DNA from: a virus
Lineage: Duplodnaviria; Caudoviricetes
IMG/VR virus record: IMGVR_UViG_3300037424_001682
Span: 1 to 64,000 of that record
Length of the DNA stretch: 64,000 bases
Reading direction: 5' to 3' (one strand)
Below, one piece after another: positions 10,128 to 20,011 of this stretch. Within the stretch, counting starts at the first letter, position 1. The number at the start of each line of letters is the position of its first letter. The notes under the pieces are model-generated. The model searched no databases, was not told where the DNA came from, and saw nothing but the letters and a program-made list of their open reading frames with translations. Position numbers and translations under genes: made by a program.

Positions 10128-10159
10128 ATAAAAAAAAACCACTTAGAAATAAGTGGTTT
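10128..10159 (-). terminator. intrinsic terminator after the sheath gene
   Basis: stem AAACCACTTA-GAAA-TAAGTGGTTT with a flanking A-run. Confidence 0.7.
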
Positions 10160-10185
10160 AATTTACATTTAAATTTAATTCATTA

Positions 10186-12936
10186 TTATATATCTTCGAA
10201 ATTAGCACCAGAAGGTGTAATTGTGAATGTGATTCCAATAAATTCTAAAGCTCCTATAGGTTTTAAAAATATCTCTCCGAATAATTCGTTTCTATCTCTA
10301 GATTCCGGTGAGTTATTACTATCGTCCATTTTAATATCAAATGCTTCCAATCCTCTTTCTCTCTTAATAGCATCTAAAGCAGGGTTTGCTTGTGCTAAGA
10401 ATTGATCAATAGTTGCTTGATCATTTTGTTCAAACAACAATCTAATAGCAATGTTAGCGATGATAACTTTAATTTGAAGTAACAATCTTCTAACATTAAC
10501 TCTATCAAGTTTACTTTCACGAACTTGAAGTGTTTTTTGACCAAATATTGCAACACCAACATTTGAGAATTTAGATAGTGCGTTAATTCTGTCTTCATAA
10601 AGAATACCTCTGGCATCTTCTGAGAATTTAAATTTAACGTCTTTAGCATTTGTTGCACCTCTAGTTATACCAGCAGGAGCAAACCAAGGGAATGTTGTGT
10701 TATCGGTAAACGCTAACGCAGCAACTACTTGTGCGGTTGGTGGTATTACAACATTCACATTATTATCAGTATCTGCTTGTTTTACCCAAGGATAATAGGT
10801 TGCAGCATATGAACTATCAATGTTTGCAGAATTTAACAATCCAGTGATATCTCGTGCAATTGTTATACCTAATTCTTCACCTTGCACTGGAACTGGTTCA
10901 AGATCAGGAGCATCAATTATATAAATTGAATCTGTTCTTTCATCTTCAATCATATCAAGAGTATCTTGAATAAGTACGTTATTAAACGACCAATCGATGC
11001 TTGGAGTTGCAAATACGTTAATTGTTACTTCTTCTGGATTGGCAAATGTTCTAATTGCGGCAGTCCATGCTTGGAAATCGTTAGTTGGTTCTTGACCAGC
11101 AGGAACGCCATCATAAATACCTCCTTTACGATAATTATCGCCGTTAGTTCTTCCATTTCTATTTTCATCCCAACCATCAAAACCACCATAAGGTACTAAA
11201 GTAAACTTACGCGCTTGAGCATTTGAATATGGATTATTAGGGTCATTTACATCAGTATTTGTTTGAAAATTAGCAACACCTACTTCAAATTGACCGATTA
11301 ATGATAAACCATCATAATAGGTTCCTGTAGCACCAGAATCCATATGGAAACCTTTAGATTTTATTCCTTCTTGTCCTACTGAATTAATATCTATACCTTT
11401 AAAATTGAAATAGTTTTGGTTGATACCGGTAGCAATTAAATTATCAGTACTATATGCTGTTTCTGACACACCAAGATAAACTCTATTCAATCTTTCATCT
11501 GCTTCATATTCTGTTTTGTAAAGTATTACAGGAGCCACACCAGCAGTTACAGATGTAGTTGCAGAAGTTGTCCAATCTCTCATGTAATATCCTTCAAAAC
11601 CAGCAGGAAATGCGTCTTGCGGTGCCCCATCATCAATTACAAGGGTAACATACATACTTTTCACATCATAATCACCATTAAGAGTACCTATTCTATTACC
11701 AATGTAGTTAGTTAATCCTTTAGTCATTGTACATCTTTGGAATGATTCAAGAACACTTGGATTGTCATCAGTATCGTTAAAGTCACGAATTATTATATCA
11801 AATTCGTTTAATGCGATGTTAATATTTTGAATAGAGATTTTTATTTCTCTGTTTGCAGCATTACCGTCAGAAATTGATACAAATTGGAATAATCTTTGAA
11901 CCTCAGAACCTCTTAATTCAGAAACAACCCAAGGAGTTCTAGGGGTTTGATATATATCTCTATAATTAGTGAATATATCAGAAGTAGCGTCAATTATTGT
12001 CGTATTAATACCATATCCCCATCCTTCTGAATCAATTTTTTTAATTAAATCTGGATAAACAGATTCAACCCAAAGTTTAGTCTTTTTAGATTTTGCTCTT
12101 GTGCCAAGTACGTTTGAAATAAAATCTCTATCATTAGGATTTAATGAAACAGTATATCCTTCACCAGAACTATCAACACTAGAAGTTGCACTTAATCTAA
12201 AATCTGCAAATAAATCTCCGACACCAACATTAGTTCCGTTAGCTATCATAACAACGTTATCTGCAAAGAAGTCAGTTATAAATGCAGCATCAACAACATC
12301 TTCAACTTCTGCTCTTGATCTAAGGACACAAAGAACCATGTCTTCATATTCTGCATAAGATGCACCACTCATTTCATATGCCCATTGATCGACAGTACCA
12401 GAACCATTAAATAATGTAGTTGCACTAAACTCAATGTAAATACCAACAAATGAAGTTGGGCCAGTTTTAGTAAATCCAGTGAATACCGAGTAAGTTTCAC
12501 CAACACTACTAATTGTTATACCTAAATAAGTGTTATTTGTAAAAGTTATTCCTGTAGTAAATACGTTATTTCCTGTTTGTCCGGTTGTAGATGGATCAAC
12601 ACCAGCACTTAAAGTTAATGCCCATGCAGTACCTGCTTCGTAACCAGAAAGACCTAAAACTCTAGTGAACCATAATTGTGAAGATTCTTCTAAATAAGAA
12701 TTTGCAATATACGGTGCTTGATATCTTAATTCTCCATTTGGAAATTTTTCAATATTTTGTGACCCAAAACGTGTTCGAAATTGACCCTGATCTTCAATAA
12801 AAACGGGTTCAAATGCTGGTCCTTTTTCAGTCTCACCAACACAACCTAATGTGGTAATACCAACATTTCTAACTACAAAGGATAAGTCTCTTTCTTTAAA
12901 TTTTAAGCCTGGGGATGTGAATACAAATTCAGCCAT
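10186..12936 (-). CDS. tail sheath protein (T4 gp18-like)
   Basis: FTSPGLKFKERDLS N-terminus, GPAFEPV, AATYYPWV, PWFAPAGITRG, GQKTLQ...LDRVNVRRLL, LEFIGITFTIT. Confidence 0.95.
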   Translation of the reverse strand: MAEFVFTSPGLKFKERDLSFVVRNVGITTLGCVGETEKGPAFEPVFIEDQGQFRTRFGSQNIEKFPNGELRYQAPYIANSYLEESSQLWFTRVLGLSGYEAGTAWALTLSAGVDPSTTGQTGNNVFTTGITFTNNTYLGITISSVGETYSVFTGFTKTGPTSFVGIYIEFSATTLFNGSGTVDQWAYEMSGASYAEYEDMVLCVLRSRAEVEDVVDAAFITDFFADNVVMIANGTNVGVGDLFADFRLSATSSVDSSGEGYTVSLNPNDRDFISNVLGTRAKSKKTKLWVESVYPDLIKKIDSEGWGYGINTTIIDATSDIFTNYRDIYQTPRTPWVVSELRGSEVQRLFQFVSISDGNAANREIKISIQNINIALNEFDIIIRDFNDTDDNPSVLESFQRCTMTKGLTNYIGNRIGTLNGDYDVKSMYVTLVIDDGAPQDAFPAGFEGYYMRDWTTSATTSVTAGVAPVILYKTEYEADERLNRVYLGVSETAYSTDNLIATGINQNYFNFKGIDINSVGQEGIKSKGFHMDSGATGTYYDGLSLIGQFEVGVANFQTNTDVNDPNNPYSNAQARKFTLVPYGGFDGWDENRNGRTNGDNYRKGGIYDGVPAGQEPTNDFQAWTAAIRTFANPEEVTINVFATPSIDWSFNNVLIQDTLDMIEDERTDSIYIIDAPDLEPVPVQGEELGITIARDITGLLNSANIDSSYAATYYPWVKQADTDNNVNVVIPPTAQVVAALAFTDNTTFPWFAPAGITRGATNAKDVKFKFSEDARGILYEDRINALSKFSNVGVAIFGQKTLQVRESKLDRVNVRRLLLQIKVIIANIAIRLLFEQNDQATIDQFLAQANPALDAIKRERGLEAFDIKMDDSNNSPESRDRNELFGEIFLKPIGALEFIGITFTITPSGANFEDI

Positions 12937-12995
12937 TTTGTCTATATTTTATATTTTTCTTATAATTATTTCTATATTCCAATAATATATTTTTT

Positions 12996-13050
12996 TATAA
13001 ATACTCAATTTTTTTTCAAAATCAATATTTTAAGTAGATAAGTATTTATA
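12996..13050. promoter_or_regulatory. divergent pair of GTATTTATA late promoters
   Basis: minus copy 12996-13004 (sheath) and plus copy 13042-13050 (ORF 13073). Confidence 0.7.
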
Positions 13051-13072
13051 AAAAAAACTTAATTTATTAATT

Positions 13073-15337
13073 ATGAATCATTCTAAGCGAATATATGCTA
13101 ATATTGACAATCCAGCAGAAAAGAACATTAAAATAAAATTGGAACAAAATACCAATTTTCTTGAAATTCTTTCATTAAAAATAAGTCAAAAAGATGCATA
13201 TCAATTTTTTAATGCTGATTATGGTGTTTTAGTTGGTAGAGTTATTGCCAATGGCGGGGTTGGTATTCCTAATGCTAAAATATCTATTTTTATACCTATA
13301 ACCGATGTGGATAAAGAAAATTCAGCAATTTATGCCATTTATCCATATGAAACACCAAGAGATAAAAATTTATACAATAAAAGATATAATCTTCTACCTA
13401 GAGTAGCAAAAGAAAATCCTGAAACCGGTGCTTATCAGCCAAAACAACCGTTTGGTTCATTCCCAACAAAAGAAGAAATTGTAACCAATGACACTTGGTT
13501 AGATGTTTATGAAAAATATTATAAATATTCTACAATAACTAATGATGCTGGCGATTATATGTTATTTGGTGTGCCTACGGGTGTGCAAACTGTTCATATG
13601 AGTGTAGATATTACCGATATTGGCCCATATTCTATGACACCAGCAGATATGATTGTTCAATTAGGATATTCCGATGCTTTTTTTAATTCAGATTTAACTA
13701 TAAAACCAAAACAAGATTTAGAAGATTTACCCCACATAGAAACCCAAGAAATTTCAGTAGATGTAATTCCTTATTGGGGAGATTCTAACAATTTTGAAAT
13801 AGGTATTACAAGACAAGATTTTAGAATTAGAGCAGAATTAGTAAATAATTTCACATTATTTGGCTCATATTTTACTATGGGTCGTTTATCTGTAAATGGT
13901 GACCCTGATAATAGTCGAGAAGATGTTGGTTTTTATAGAATTGGTGATGATTATACCGATTATAATAACAATGTTGATTTTAGAACAAACAGAATTGGAA
14001 ATGTGACAATAAAATTATATTCATATGATCCCACAATTACTCAAGAAGTTATTGATAATGATATTGCAACATCAGGAAATACTATTAATCCACAAAAAGA
14101 CATATTTTTAATTGATCCAAATTCATATTATGAGTTTATTCAAGACGGAATGTTTGTGTTAAGTGTACCTTGTAATAGAAGAAAAGTAATTACTGATCAA
14201 TTAGGTAATCAAATAGTTGTTTCTGATGATAGCTCTATTGGTGTTTTTACTGAATTTTTAGGTATGGCAATAATTGAACATGAAGACATATCTATAGATA
14301 AAACATATAGTGAATCATGGATAAAACCTAACTCACCAAATGTAGGAAGAACAAGATTTAAAATTCCTCAACAAAATCATAGTATTCGTGAAGATGAAGA
14401 TAATTACCCTGATAGAAAAACAGAATCCGAATTATGGAGAAAACAATATTCAAGATTTGAAGGCGGTAAATTTTATAGTGTTTCACAATTATTAATGACA
14501 AGAATGCCAAAAAACGGTGAAATTAATGATCCCGATGATAGTGGTACAATCAATACATTTAAAGAAGAAGGTGGATCATATCAACAATTTTTAGATAGAA
14601 TTATAGGATCATTTAAAGTGGCTGGTGAAGATTTGGTTTTTCAAAGCGATATTGATTTTATCAATATAATTTCAGGAGGAACGTCTGGTGGTACTTCTGG
14701 AAGCACATCACCATCGTTTGAATATGATTTTCCTTGGACATTTTCAGGAAAAACTATAAACGGAGAACTTAATTCTTTGGGTTATACATCAAAATATTTT
14801 GGTGGTCAATGGTTAAACTTATCCATGTATTTTCCTCAAATAAACTGGACTTATGACTATACTTCACCATCAACAGCACGAGATCAAAATACTGGCGATC
14901 CTTGGTTACCAGCATATTATCATGGTAGGAATGGTGAAAATGGCGAATGGTTTACTGTTGGAGGTAGTTTATATCAACCGCTTATTGCTGGCGAATTTAA
15001 TACATCGTTTTTTTCTAAATCACAATCATTATCTACTGATTTTATTGAAGTACCTAAAGTAGATATTATTTCATTAAATAGTTTTGCAAATAAAGGGGTG
15101 TCAAAATATGATTTATTTTTAGAATCTCTAAATTTAGATGGTAATTATAAATATAGAATACCAACAGATGGAAATGTTGCAAATAATACCGTTCCAAACA
15201 GAAATGAATTAAATTCAATTTATTTATCAGCAGCAACAGATATCACTTATGGTATAACTGGTGAAAACCCCAGATTTTTTAAGGGAATGTATAACACAGA
15301 TTGTATTCAATTATTATTAGATTTGAATTTTATATAA
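13073..15337 (+). CDS. large virion protein with an N-terminal carboxypeptidase-regulatory-like/Ig-type beta domain
   Basis: GVLVGRVIANGGVGIPNAKISIF and TNDAGDYMLFGVPTGVQTVH patterns; late motif upstream. Confidence 0.55.
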   Translation: MNHSKRIYANIDNPAEKNIKIKLEQNTNFLEILSLKISQKDAYQFFNADYGVLVGRVIANGGVGIPNAKISIFIPITDVDKENSAIYAIYPYETPRDKNLYNKRYNLLPRVAKENPETGAYQPKQPFGSFPTKEEIVTNDTWLDVYEKYYKYSTITNDAGDYMLFGVPTGVQTVHMSVDITDIGPYSMTPADMIVQLGYSDAFFNSDLTIKPKQDLEDLPHIETQEISVDVIPYWGDSNNFEIGITRQDFRIRAELVNNFTLFGSYFTMGRLSVNGDPDNSREDVGFYRIGDDYTDYNNNVDFRTNRIGNVTIKLYSYDPTITQEVIDNDIATSGNTINPQKDIFLIDPNSYYEFIQDGMFVLSVPCNRRKVITDQLGNQIVVSDDSSIGVFTEFLGMAIIEHEDISIDKTYSESWIKPNSPNVGRTRFKIPQQNHSIREDEDNYPDRKTESELWRKQYSRFEGGKFYSVSQLLMTRMPKNGEINDPDDSGTINTFKEEGGSYQQFLDRIIGSFKVAGEDLVFQSDIDFINIISGGTSGGTSGSTSPSFEYDFPWTFSGKTINGELNSLGYTSKYFGGQWLNLSMYFPQINWTYDYTSPSTARDQNTGDPWLPAYYHGRNGENGEWFTVGGSLYQPLIAGEFNTSFFSKSQSLSTDFIEVPKVDIISLNSFANKGVSKYDLFLESLNLDGNYKYRIPTDGNVANNTVPNRNELNSIYLSAATDITYGITGENPRFFKGMYNTDCIQLLLDLNFI

Positions 15338-15338
15338 A

Positions 15339-16517
15339 ATGTCTGACAATAGAAGTTATCAATTAAATGAATTTAAGAATGTTGATGCGGTTAATACTGA
15401 TTTTAATCAAAAAATTCAATTAGAATCTAAACAAGATTTAATAATTGAATATGATATTAAAAATGTTTTAGATGTTGCTGCAACATTTGAAGCAGAAAGA
15501 CAACAAACCAATATTTATCGTATATATGGCAGCATTGAGTATCTTTCTATGCTTAATGGTGTTGATACTGGTTATACCTCATATCTTGATTTTTTTAATT
15601 CGTCTACGGGTATAACTAAGTCCTTTTTAGATGATTTTAATGTTTATCTTGTAAAACCCTTTGGTTATTATAATAACGTAATTAGTGGACAAACTGGTTT
15701 TACTAAATTAGATAATAATTTATATATTAAAACGTTCGAAATAATTACAAAGTTAGATAGTTTTGAAATATATAATGCAGGTTATGACGTTAGTTTATTC
15801 GATGATCAGAGATATGGATTCAATTTTAATGTTGATATTGATTTAACTGAACAATATGATGGTTTATATTTCCCAATAAGTGATTTATATTTCTATGTTG
15901 AATATCAACCTAAACTAAATGGTGAGGGCGATATGGAAACAATGGAACGTAAAGTTTTTAATATGAGCGGTAACACAATAATTAGTGGTTTTACACCAAC
16001 ATCTTTAAATATAGGAGATATTTTAGATTGGGGAGACGTTATTGAATATAATAAAGATGAATTTACACAAACAGAGGTTAATACTCAAGAATATTATATC
16101 AATACGCCTTGTAAATCTGGCACAACAGATATCAATATAAAATGGAAGTATGACCCTTTTGTTCAAATACAAATAAACGTCTTCAATGATGAATTAGAAA
16201 GAGTAAATATTACCGGAACTTCTGTAGAAGAAATTGCCCAAGTTCCAGTATATGCAACACGTGTTGATAATCAAGGTAACGTAGTTTGGAGAAATTTACA
16301 AGAAAAAAGTTTTTTTGATCCATTAACGGAACAAGGCACCGCATTTCCTTTTATAAATCAAAGACATTATGTGTTTGATAACTATATAATTAAAATTGTA
16401 CCAGATTTAAATGATCCAACAACATCTGAAATTTTTAATAATATAAAATTTACTGCTAATGAAATTCTAAGTACACAACCAATAACTAAAGCAATTAATT
16501 TTGGTGATCCATGTTAA
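15339..16517 (+). CDS. hypothetical virion protein
   Basis: 392-aa ORF coupled within the late operon. Confidence 0.6.
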   Translation: MSDNRSYQLNEFKNVDAVNTDFNQKIQLESKQDLIIEYDIKNVLDVAATFEAERQQTNIYRIYGSIEYLSMLNGVDTGYTSYLDFFNSSTGITKSFLDDFNVYLVKPFGYYNNVISGQTGFTKLDNNLYIKTFEIITKLDSFEIYNAGYDVSLFDDQRYGFNFNVDIDLTEQYDGLYFPISDLYFYVEYQPKLNGEGDMETMERKVFNMSGNTIISGFTPTSLNIGDILDWGDVIEYNKDEFTQTEVNTQEYYINTPCKSGTTDINIKWKYDPFVQIQINVFNDELERVNITGTSVEEIAQVPVYATRVDNQGNVVWRNLQEKSFFDPLTEQGTAFPFINQRHYVFDNYIIKIVPDLNDPTTSEIFNNIKFTANEILSTQPITKAINFGDPC

Positions 16518-17281
16518 CACAAAAATATAAAATACGACCAATACCAACTAAAGATATTATAATTCCAATTGCAATATCTAGCGATAATTCATTAAGTGGG
16601 TTACAAGATGATATTGAAGATTATGTTGAAAGAGAAACGGGGTTATCAATTAATAGTGCGGATGACGGTGAAAGTTTTAGATATTTACCAACGGGAAACA
16701 CCACAATGATTTTTGAATTTTATAGCGGTGGGACATATTATACTGATTTATTTGCTGCTGGTTTTAAAAATTCAGATATAGGATATACAAATCCAATTCT
16801 TACAAGTTTTTATTTATTAACATTATTTGATAGTAGAAATAGAAGCTCACAATTAAAATTAAATAACGGTTTTTTAAACGGATTTAACTTTATTGAATCA
16901 AGTGGTAACACCATTTATGATATCACAAGTAATAAGGAGTTTTCTAATTTATATATTAGAAACGATTATATTAATACATTAACTGGTCTTACTACCTTAT
17001 ATTTCACATTATCGTTTTTTAATGGTAAAACAGGTGAAATTCAATTGTTTTTTAATAATGATTTATCTGGAGACACTACAGATAATCGAAATTATTTTGG
17101 AATTGTTTTAAATCCAATTAATAAAACTTTTTCTTGGAGTGGTTCTACAATTAATGCAAGAGAAATAATCAATACAGGATTTACTCAAACATATAATCAA
17201 ACTGTTGATAAATTTCAAAATCAAAAACCATTATTTCCTAGTGGAAATGCGTTATCAGGCAATACTTATATTACAATTTAA
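16511..17281 (+). CDS. hypothetical virion protein
   Basis: 256-aa ORF, T/G/N/F-rich, overlapping the upstream stop. Confidence 0.6.
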   Translation: MLTQKYKIRPIPTKDIIIPIAISSDNSLSGLQDDIEDYVERETGLSINSADDGESFRYLPTGNTTMIFEFYSGGTYYTDLFAAGFKNSDIGYTNPILTSFYLLTLFDSRNRSSQLKLNNGFLNGFNFIESSGNTIYDITSNKEFSNLYIRNDYINTLTGLTTLYFTLSFFNGKTGEIQLFFNNDLSGDTTDNRNYFGIVLNPINKTFSWSGSTINAREIINTGFTQTYNQTVDKFQNQKPLFPSGNALSGNTYITI

Positions 17282-18051
17282 ACGTATATCCCAAATCGTG
17301 GAGGTCTGCTTGTTCTGGTAACAATAAATTCTTTTTCGTCTTGAAGAAATCCAAGAAGTTTTATTTTGTATGATGTTACAAAATATCGATCACCATCAAT
17401 ATTTTCAATCGTATTTTCTTCATCCATACTATCAAGCAATATTGGCATGGGATTTCCTTTTATGAAAACATATTCTTGAATTGACGCAAAATTACGTAAA
17501 GTTTGTTCATCATATTTGTTAATATCTATTTGATATTTACTAAATAATCGAACATCATATGTTAAATCAACGTTTACTGGTTCTGGCATCTTTAATCTTA
17601 AATTGATGATTTCACCATCTTCTGAAATTGGTACATCAACATATCTAAATACTCTTCCTTGTGCAACACGAGCCTGACCACCAATTCTAGTGCCCTTTTC
17701 TTTTCGAGTTCTACGTATTGTTATTATGGGAAATATAACGTTTTTATCTCCATCAGAGTATTTCCAAGTTTTTTGAAACTCCCCCCAACGTTCATTACTT
17801 AAATAAAATGTTGGTACTTGTTTACCATCAAGAACCAATTTCATATTACCGTTTTTTACATAATCTAAAATTGCTGTATCTAAATTTTTCAATTCTACAG
17901 TTCTCGGTAAATATTTGGTTTTTTTATCAGTATCAATCATAAGTTTTTCTATTCGATCCATACCATAATGTAAAAACTTATCTCCAACCTTTGGTGGATT
18001 GATGTTGGTATTATATTTAAAGTTAGGATGTTTCTTTTTTGGTAATGCCAT
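17278..18051 (-). CDS. tail terminator/sheath stabiliser-like protein (T4 gp15-like)
   Basis: FPIITIRR, PEPVNVDLTYDVRLFSKYQIDINKYDEQ pattern of tail completion proteins. Confidence 0.6.
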   Translation of the reverse strand: MALPKKKHPNFKYNTNINPPKVGDKFLHYGMDRIEKLMIDTDKKTKYLPRTVELKNLDTAILDYVKNGNMKLVLDGKQVPTFYLSNERWGEFQKTWKYSDGDKNVIFPIITIRRTRKEKGTRIGGQARVAQGRVFRYVDVPISEDGEIINLRLKMPEPVNVDLTYDVRLFSKYQIDINKYDEQTLRNFASIQEYVFIKGNPMPILLDSMDEENTIENIDGDRYFVTSYKIKLLGFLQDEKEFIVTRTSRPPRFGIYV

Positions 18052-18064
18052 TTTACGTTTTTTA

Positions 18065-18073
18065 TATAAATAC
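18065..18073 (-). promoter_or_regulatory. putative late promoter GTATTTATA
   Basis: upstream of 18051. Confidence 0.65.
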
Positions 18074-18124
18074 TATTGATTTTAGCTTGTGGGATATAAG
18101 TGATAAATTAAATTAGTAAAAACA

Positions 18125-18156
18125 CTTGACAAATAAAATAAAAAGATTTACTTTTG
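18125..18156 (+). promoter_or_regulatory. Bacteroidota-type sigma70 promoter driving the accessory cassette region
   Basis: CTTG (18125-18128), 20-nt spacer, TACTTTTG (18149-18156) fits -33 TTG / -7 TAnnTTTG. Confidence 0.6.
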
Positions 18157-18275
18157 TAAAGTCAGTAATAAAACAATAAACATAGGGTTGGGTTCATCCG
18201 AATTAACGCTTTTGAATAGTAGACCATACAGTAGGGATTATTATGCAGAAAACTTGATTTGAAACACTAAACAAA

Positions 18276-18581
18276 ATGAAAGATAAGATAAGAGAAAATG
18301 CTAAAAAATACTTCGATGAAGAATTAAGTGGAGAACCATTATACCAAGATTTAGTAATTGATTGGCTTACTGAATTTGCAAAACAGCAAGTAAAATTATT
18401 TGCTATACCTGTTGTTGTGCGTTCGTTGCCGATTGGTGATGAATTACATAAAACAATAGACGGAAGGTATATTCTCAGATGTATATCTTTTCCAATAGCC
18501 GATAAATTTAATACTCACCCTGAAAAAGTGACGGACGTAGTTGAGCAGATAATAGAGAATTTGAACAGGGTAAGGAAATGA
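18276..18581 (+). CDS. hypothetical protein spanning a cassette junction
   Basis: 101-aa ORF containing the GTTGTGCGT core site at 18414-18422; its stop abuts attC-like site A. Confidence 0.6.
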   Translation: MKDKIRENAKKYFDEELSGEPLYQDLVIDWLTEFAKQQVKLFAIPVVVRSLPIGDELHKTIDGRYILRCISFPIADKFNTHPEKVTDVVEQIIENLNRVRK

Positions 18582-18582
18582 C

Positions 18583-18700
18583 GCACAACGTTGAGTATAT
18601 GAGGCGTTGCACCACAAAAATTAATAAAATGAAACGATTATAATTTTAATATAAATTTAAAAAAGACCACAGAGGCAATGCCTTATATACATTGTTATGT
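18583..18700 (+). repeat. attC-like hairpin site A
   Basis: GCACAAC ... GTTATGT ends; arms GTATATGAGGCGTTGC (18595-18610) and GCAATGCCTTATATAC (18675-18690) are complementary apart from two G-T pairs. Confidence 0.7.
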
Positions 18701-18713
18701 GGCGTTAATTATT

Positions 18714-19118
18714 ATGAAAAGATTAGAAAAAATTAAAACAAATGAAACCATTTCTGAAATGTTTTTCAGATTAAAAGAAGAATGCGAACAACCAATTACA
18801 AAATTAAATTATATTGAATTTTTATATAAAATTTTACCTAAAGGTTCTAATATACCAGAAACAAACTTATATGGCATATTACCTGATGGTAGTAAAATAC
18901 TTCAATATCCTTCATTAAATTCTCAATCTATTCTATTTGGTGAACCTGAAACTTATATTCAAAAATTAGAAGAAATAACCAATAAAGATAATTTTTTATG
19001 TTGGTGTAATTATAATGATTATACCATATGGTGGAATGATAATAATCTTCAACTTGATATGTCTCCATTTCTATCGTGGGTCGATGTTGATATGAACTTA
19101 GAGCCAATTAGAAGGTAG
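18714..19118 (+). CDS. hypothetical cassette-borne protein
   Basis: ATG 18714 just after site A; the track start at 18678 lies inside the hairpin arm. Confidence 0.65.
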   Translation: MKRLEKIKTNETISEMFFRLKEECEQPITKLNYIEFLYKILPKGSNIPETNLYGILPDGSKILQYPSLNSQSILFGEPETYIQKLEEITNKDNFLCWCNYNDYTIWWNDNNLQLDMSPFLSWVDVDMNLEPIRR

Positions 19119-19131
19119 TCGGTAGTATTGT

Positions 19132-19262
19132 GCCTAACGATTTGTATAAATTTCAGGTTGGGATTAAAGTGTGAAGCCCTATCAACCTGCCAAAATGATG
19201 CAAGTAACACGACTATTTCAAGTTGCTAACAAGCCCCAACTTGAATTTATACAGGGTTATAG
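19132..19262 (+). repeat. attC-like hairpin site B
   Basis: GCCTAAC (perfect RYYYAAC) ... GTTATAG; arms 19143-19162 and 19235-19253 pair with one bulged T and one G-T pair. Confidence 0.75.
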
Positions 19263-19281
19263 GGCGTTTATTTTTATCGAA

Positions 19282-19455
19282 ATGAAAAAATATAAAATTA
19301 CTTTTCAAAATGGAGAATCAGTTACAGTAAATGGTAAGTTGATTACGCAATGTGAAGCGACAGGGCAAATTTTTATCTATTTTGAAAATGACCCAACGTG
19401 GAAAAATATTTCTGCGATTGTTCCTGCATCAGCCTGTGTTGTTGTTATTGGCTAA
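19282..19455 (+). CDS. small hypothetical cassette-borne protein (57 aa)
   Basis: MKKYKITFQNGESVTVNG...; the track start at 19171 reads through site B. Confidence 0.6.
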   Translation: MKKYKITFQNGESVTVNGKLITQCEATGQIFIYFENDPTWKNISAIVPASACVVVIG

Positions 19456-19457
19456 AT

Positions 19458-19467
19458 GCCCTATAAC
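19458..19467 (+). repeat. truncated attC-like site C (left core only)
   Basis: GCCCTATAAC, 2 nt after the stop, is the exact reverse complement of GTTATAGGGC at 19256-19265; no right arm found. Confidence 0.6.
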
Positions 19468-19684
19468 TATTATATATAAAAACACATATATAACTAACTG
19501 ATTATGAATGCAAAATCAAAAGCAACTCTCACAAAGATGAAAATTTATATGAGAGTTAAGAATTATTCTCGCTTAGGATCTCGATGAAAAAAGAAAAGAA
19601 AGATTTCATAGGATTTTCTATGAAGTCGGAACTATTTTACGTATATAATATTATAATATAAATTTATGAAAAAATAGATAGACA

Positions 19685-20011
19685 ATGCTAATCAAAAAAG
19701 AAACAAAAGGAGAAGTTGGTGATCAATTTATTGAAGCAATATTTGAATCATCAAACATATTAATGACTACTTATTTTCCAGAAAAAAATAAACTATATAT
19801 TCACTTTAATAGAGGTGGTACATATTCATATACTAATGTAACAGAAAATATTTATAATGCGTTTGAAATGGCAGATTCTCAGGGTAAGTATTTTTTAACC
19901 GAAATCAAAAAAAATCCTAATAAATATCCATACGCAAAAGAATTCTCTCTTACTAACAGTGAAATCAATAATGCAAAACAAGTAATTAAGGAATATAATG
20001 AACGCAATTGA
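19685..20011 (+). CDS. KTSC domain protein
   Basis: ESSNI...Y......LYIHFNRGGTYSYTNV...IYNAF..ADSQGKYF is the KTSC signature. Confidence 0.85.
   Translation: MLIKKETKGEVGDQFIEAIFESSNILMTTYFPEKNKLYIHFNRGGTYSYTNVTENIYNAFEMADSQGKYFLTEIKKNPNKYPYAKEFSLTNSEINNAKQVIKEYNERN

Noticed and set aside
18180-18250. Possible tRNA in the GC-richer leader
   Set aside because: No T-loop GTTCRA consensus, cloverleaf or CCA end; no tRNA was recognised anywhere in the window
18678-18713. Extended N-termini of ORFs 18678 and 19171
   Set aside because: They read through attC-like hairpin arms; the downstream ATGs at 18714 and 19282 fit the cassette layout
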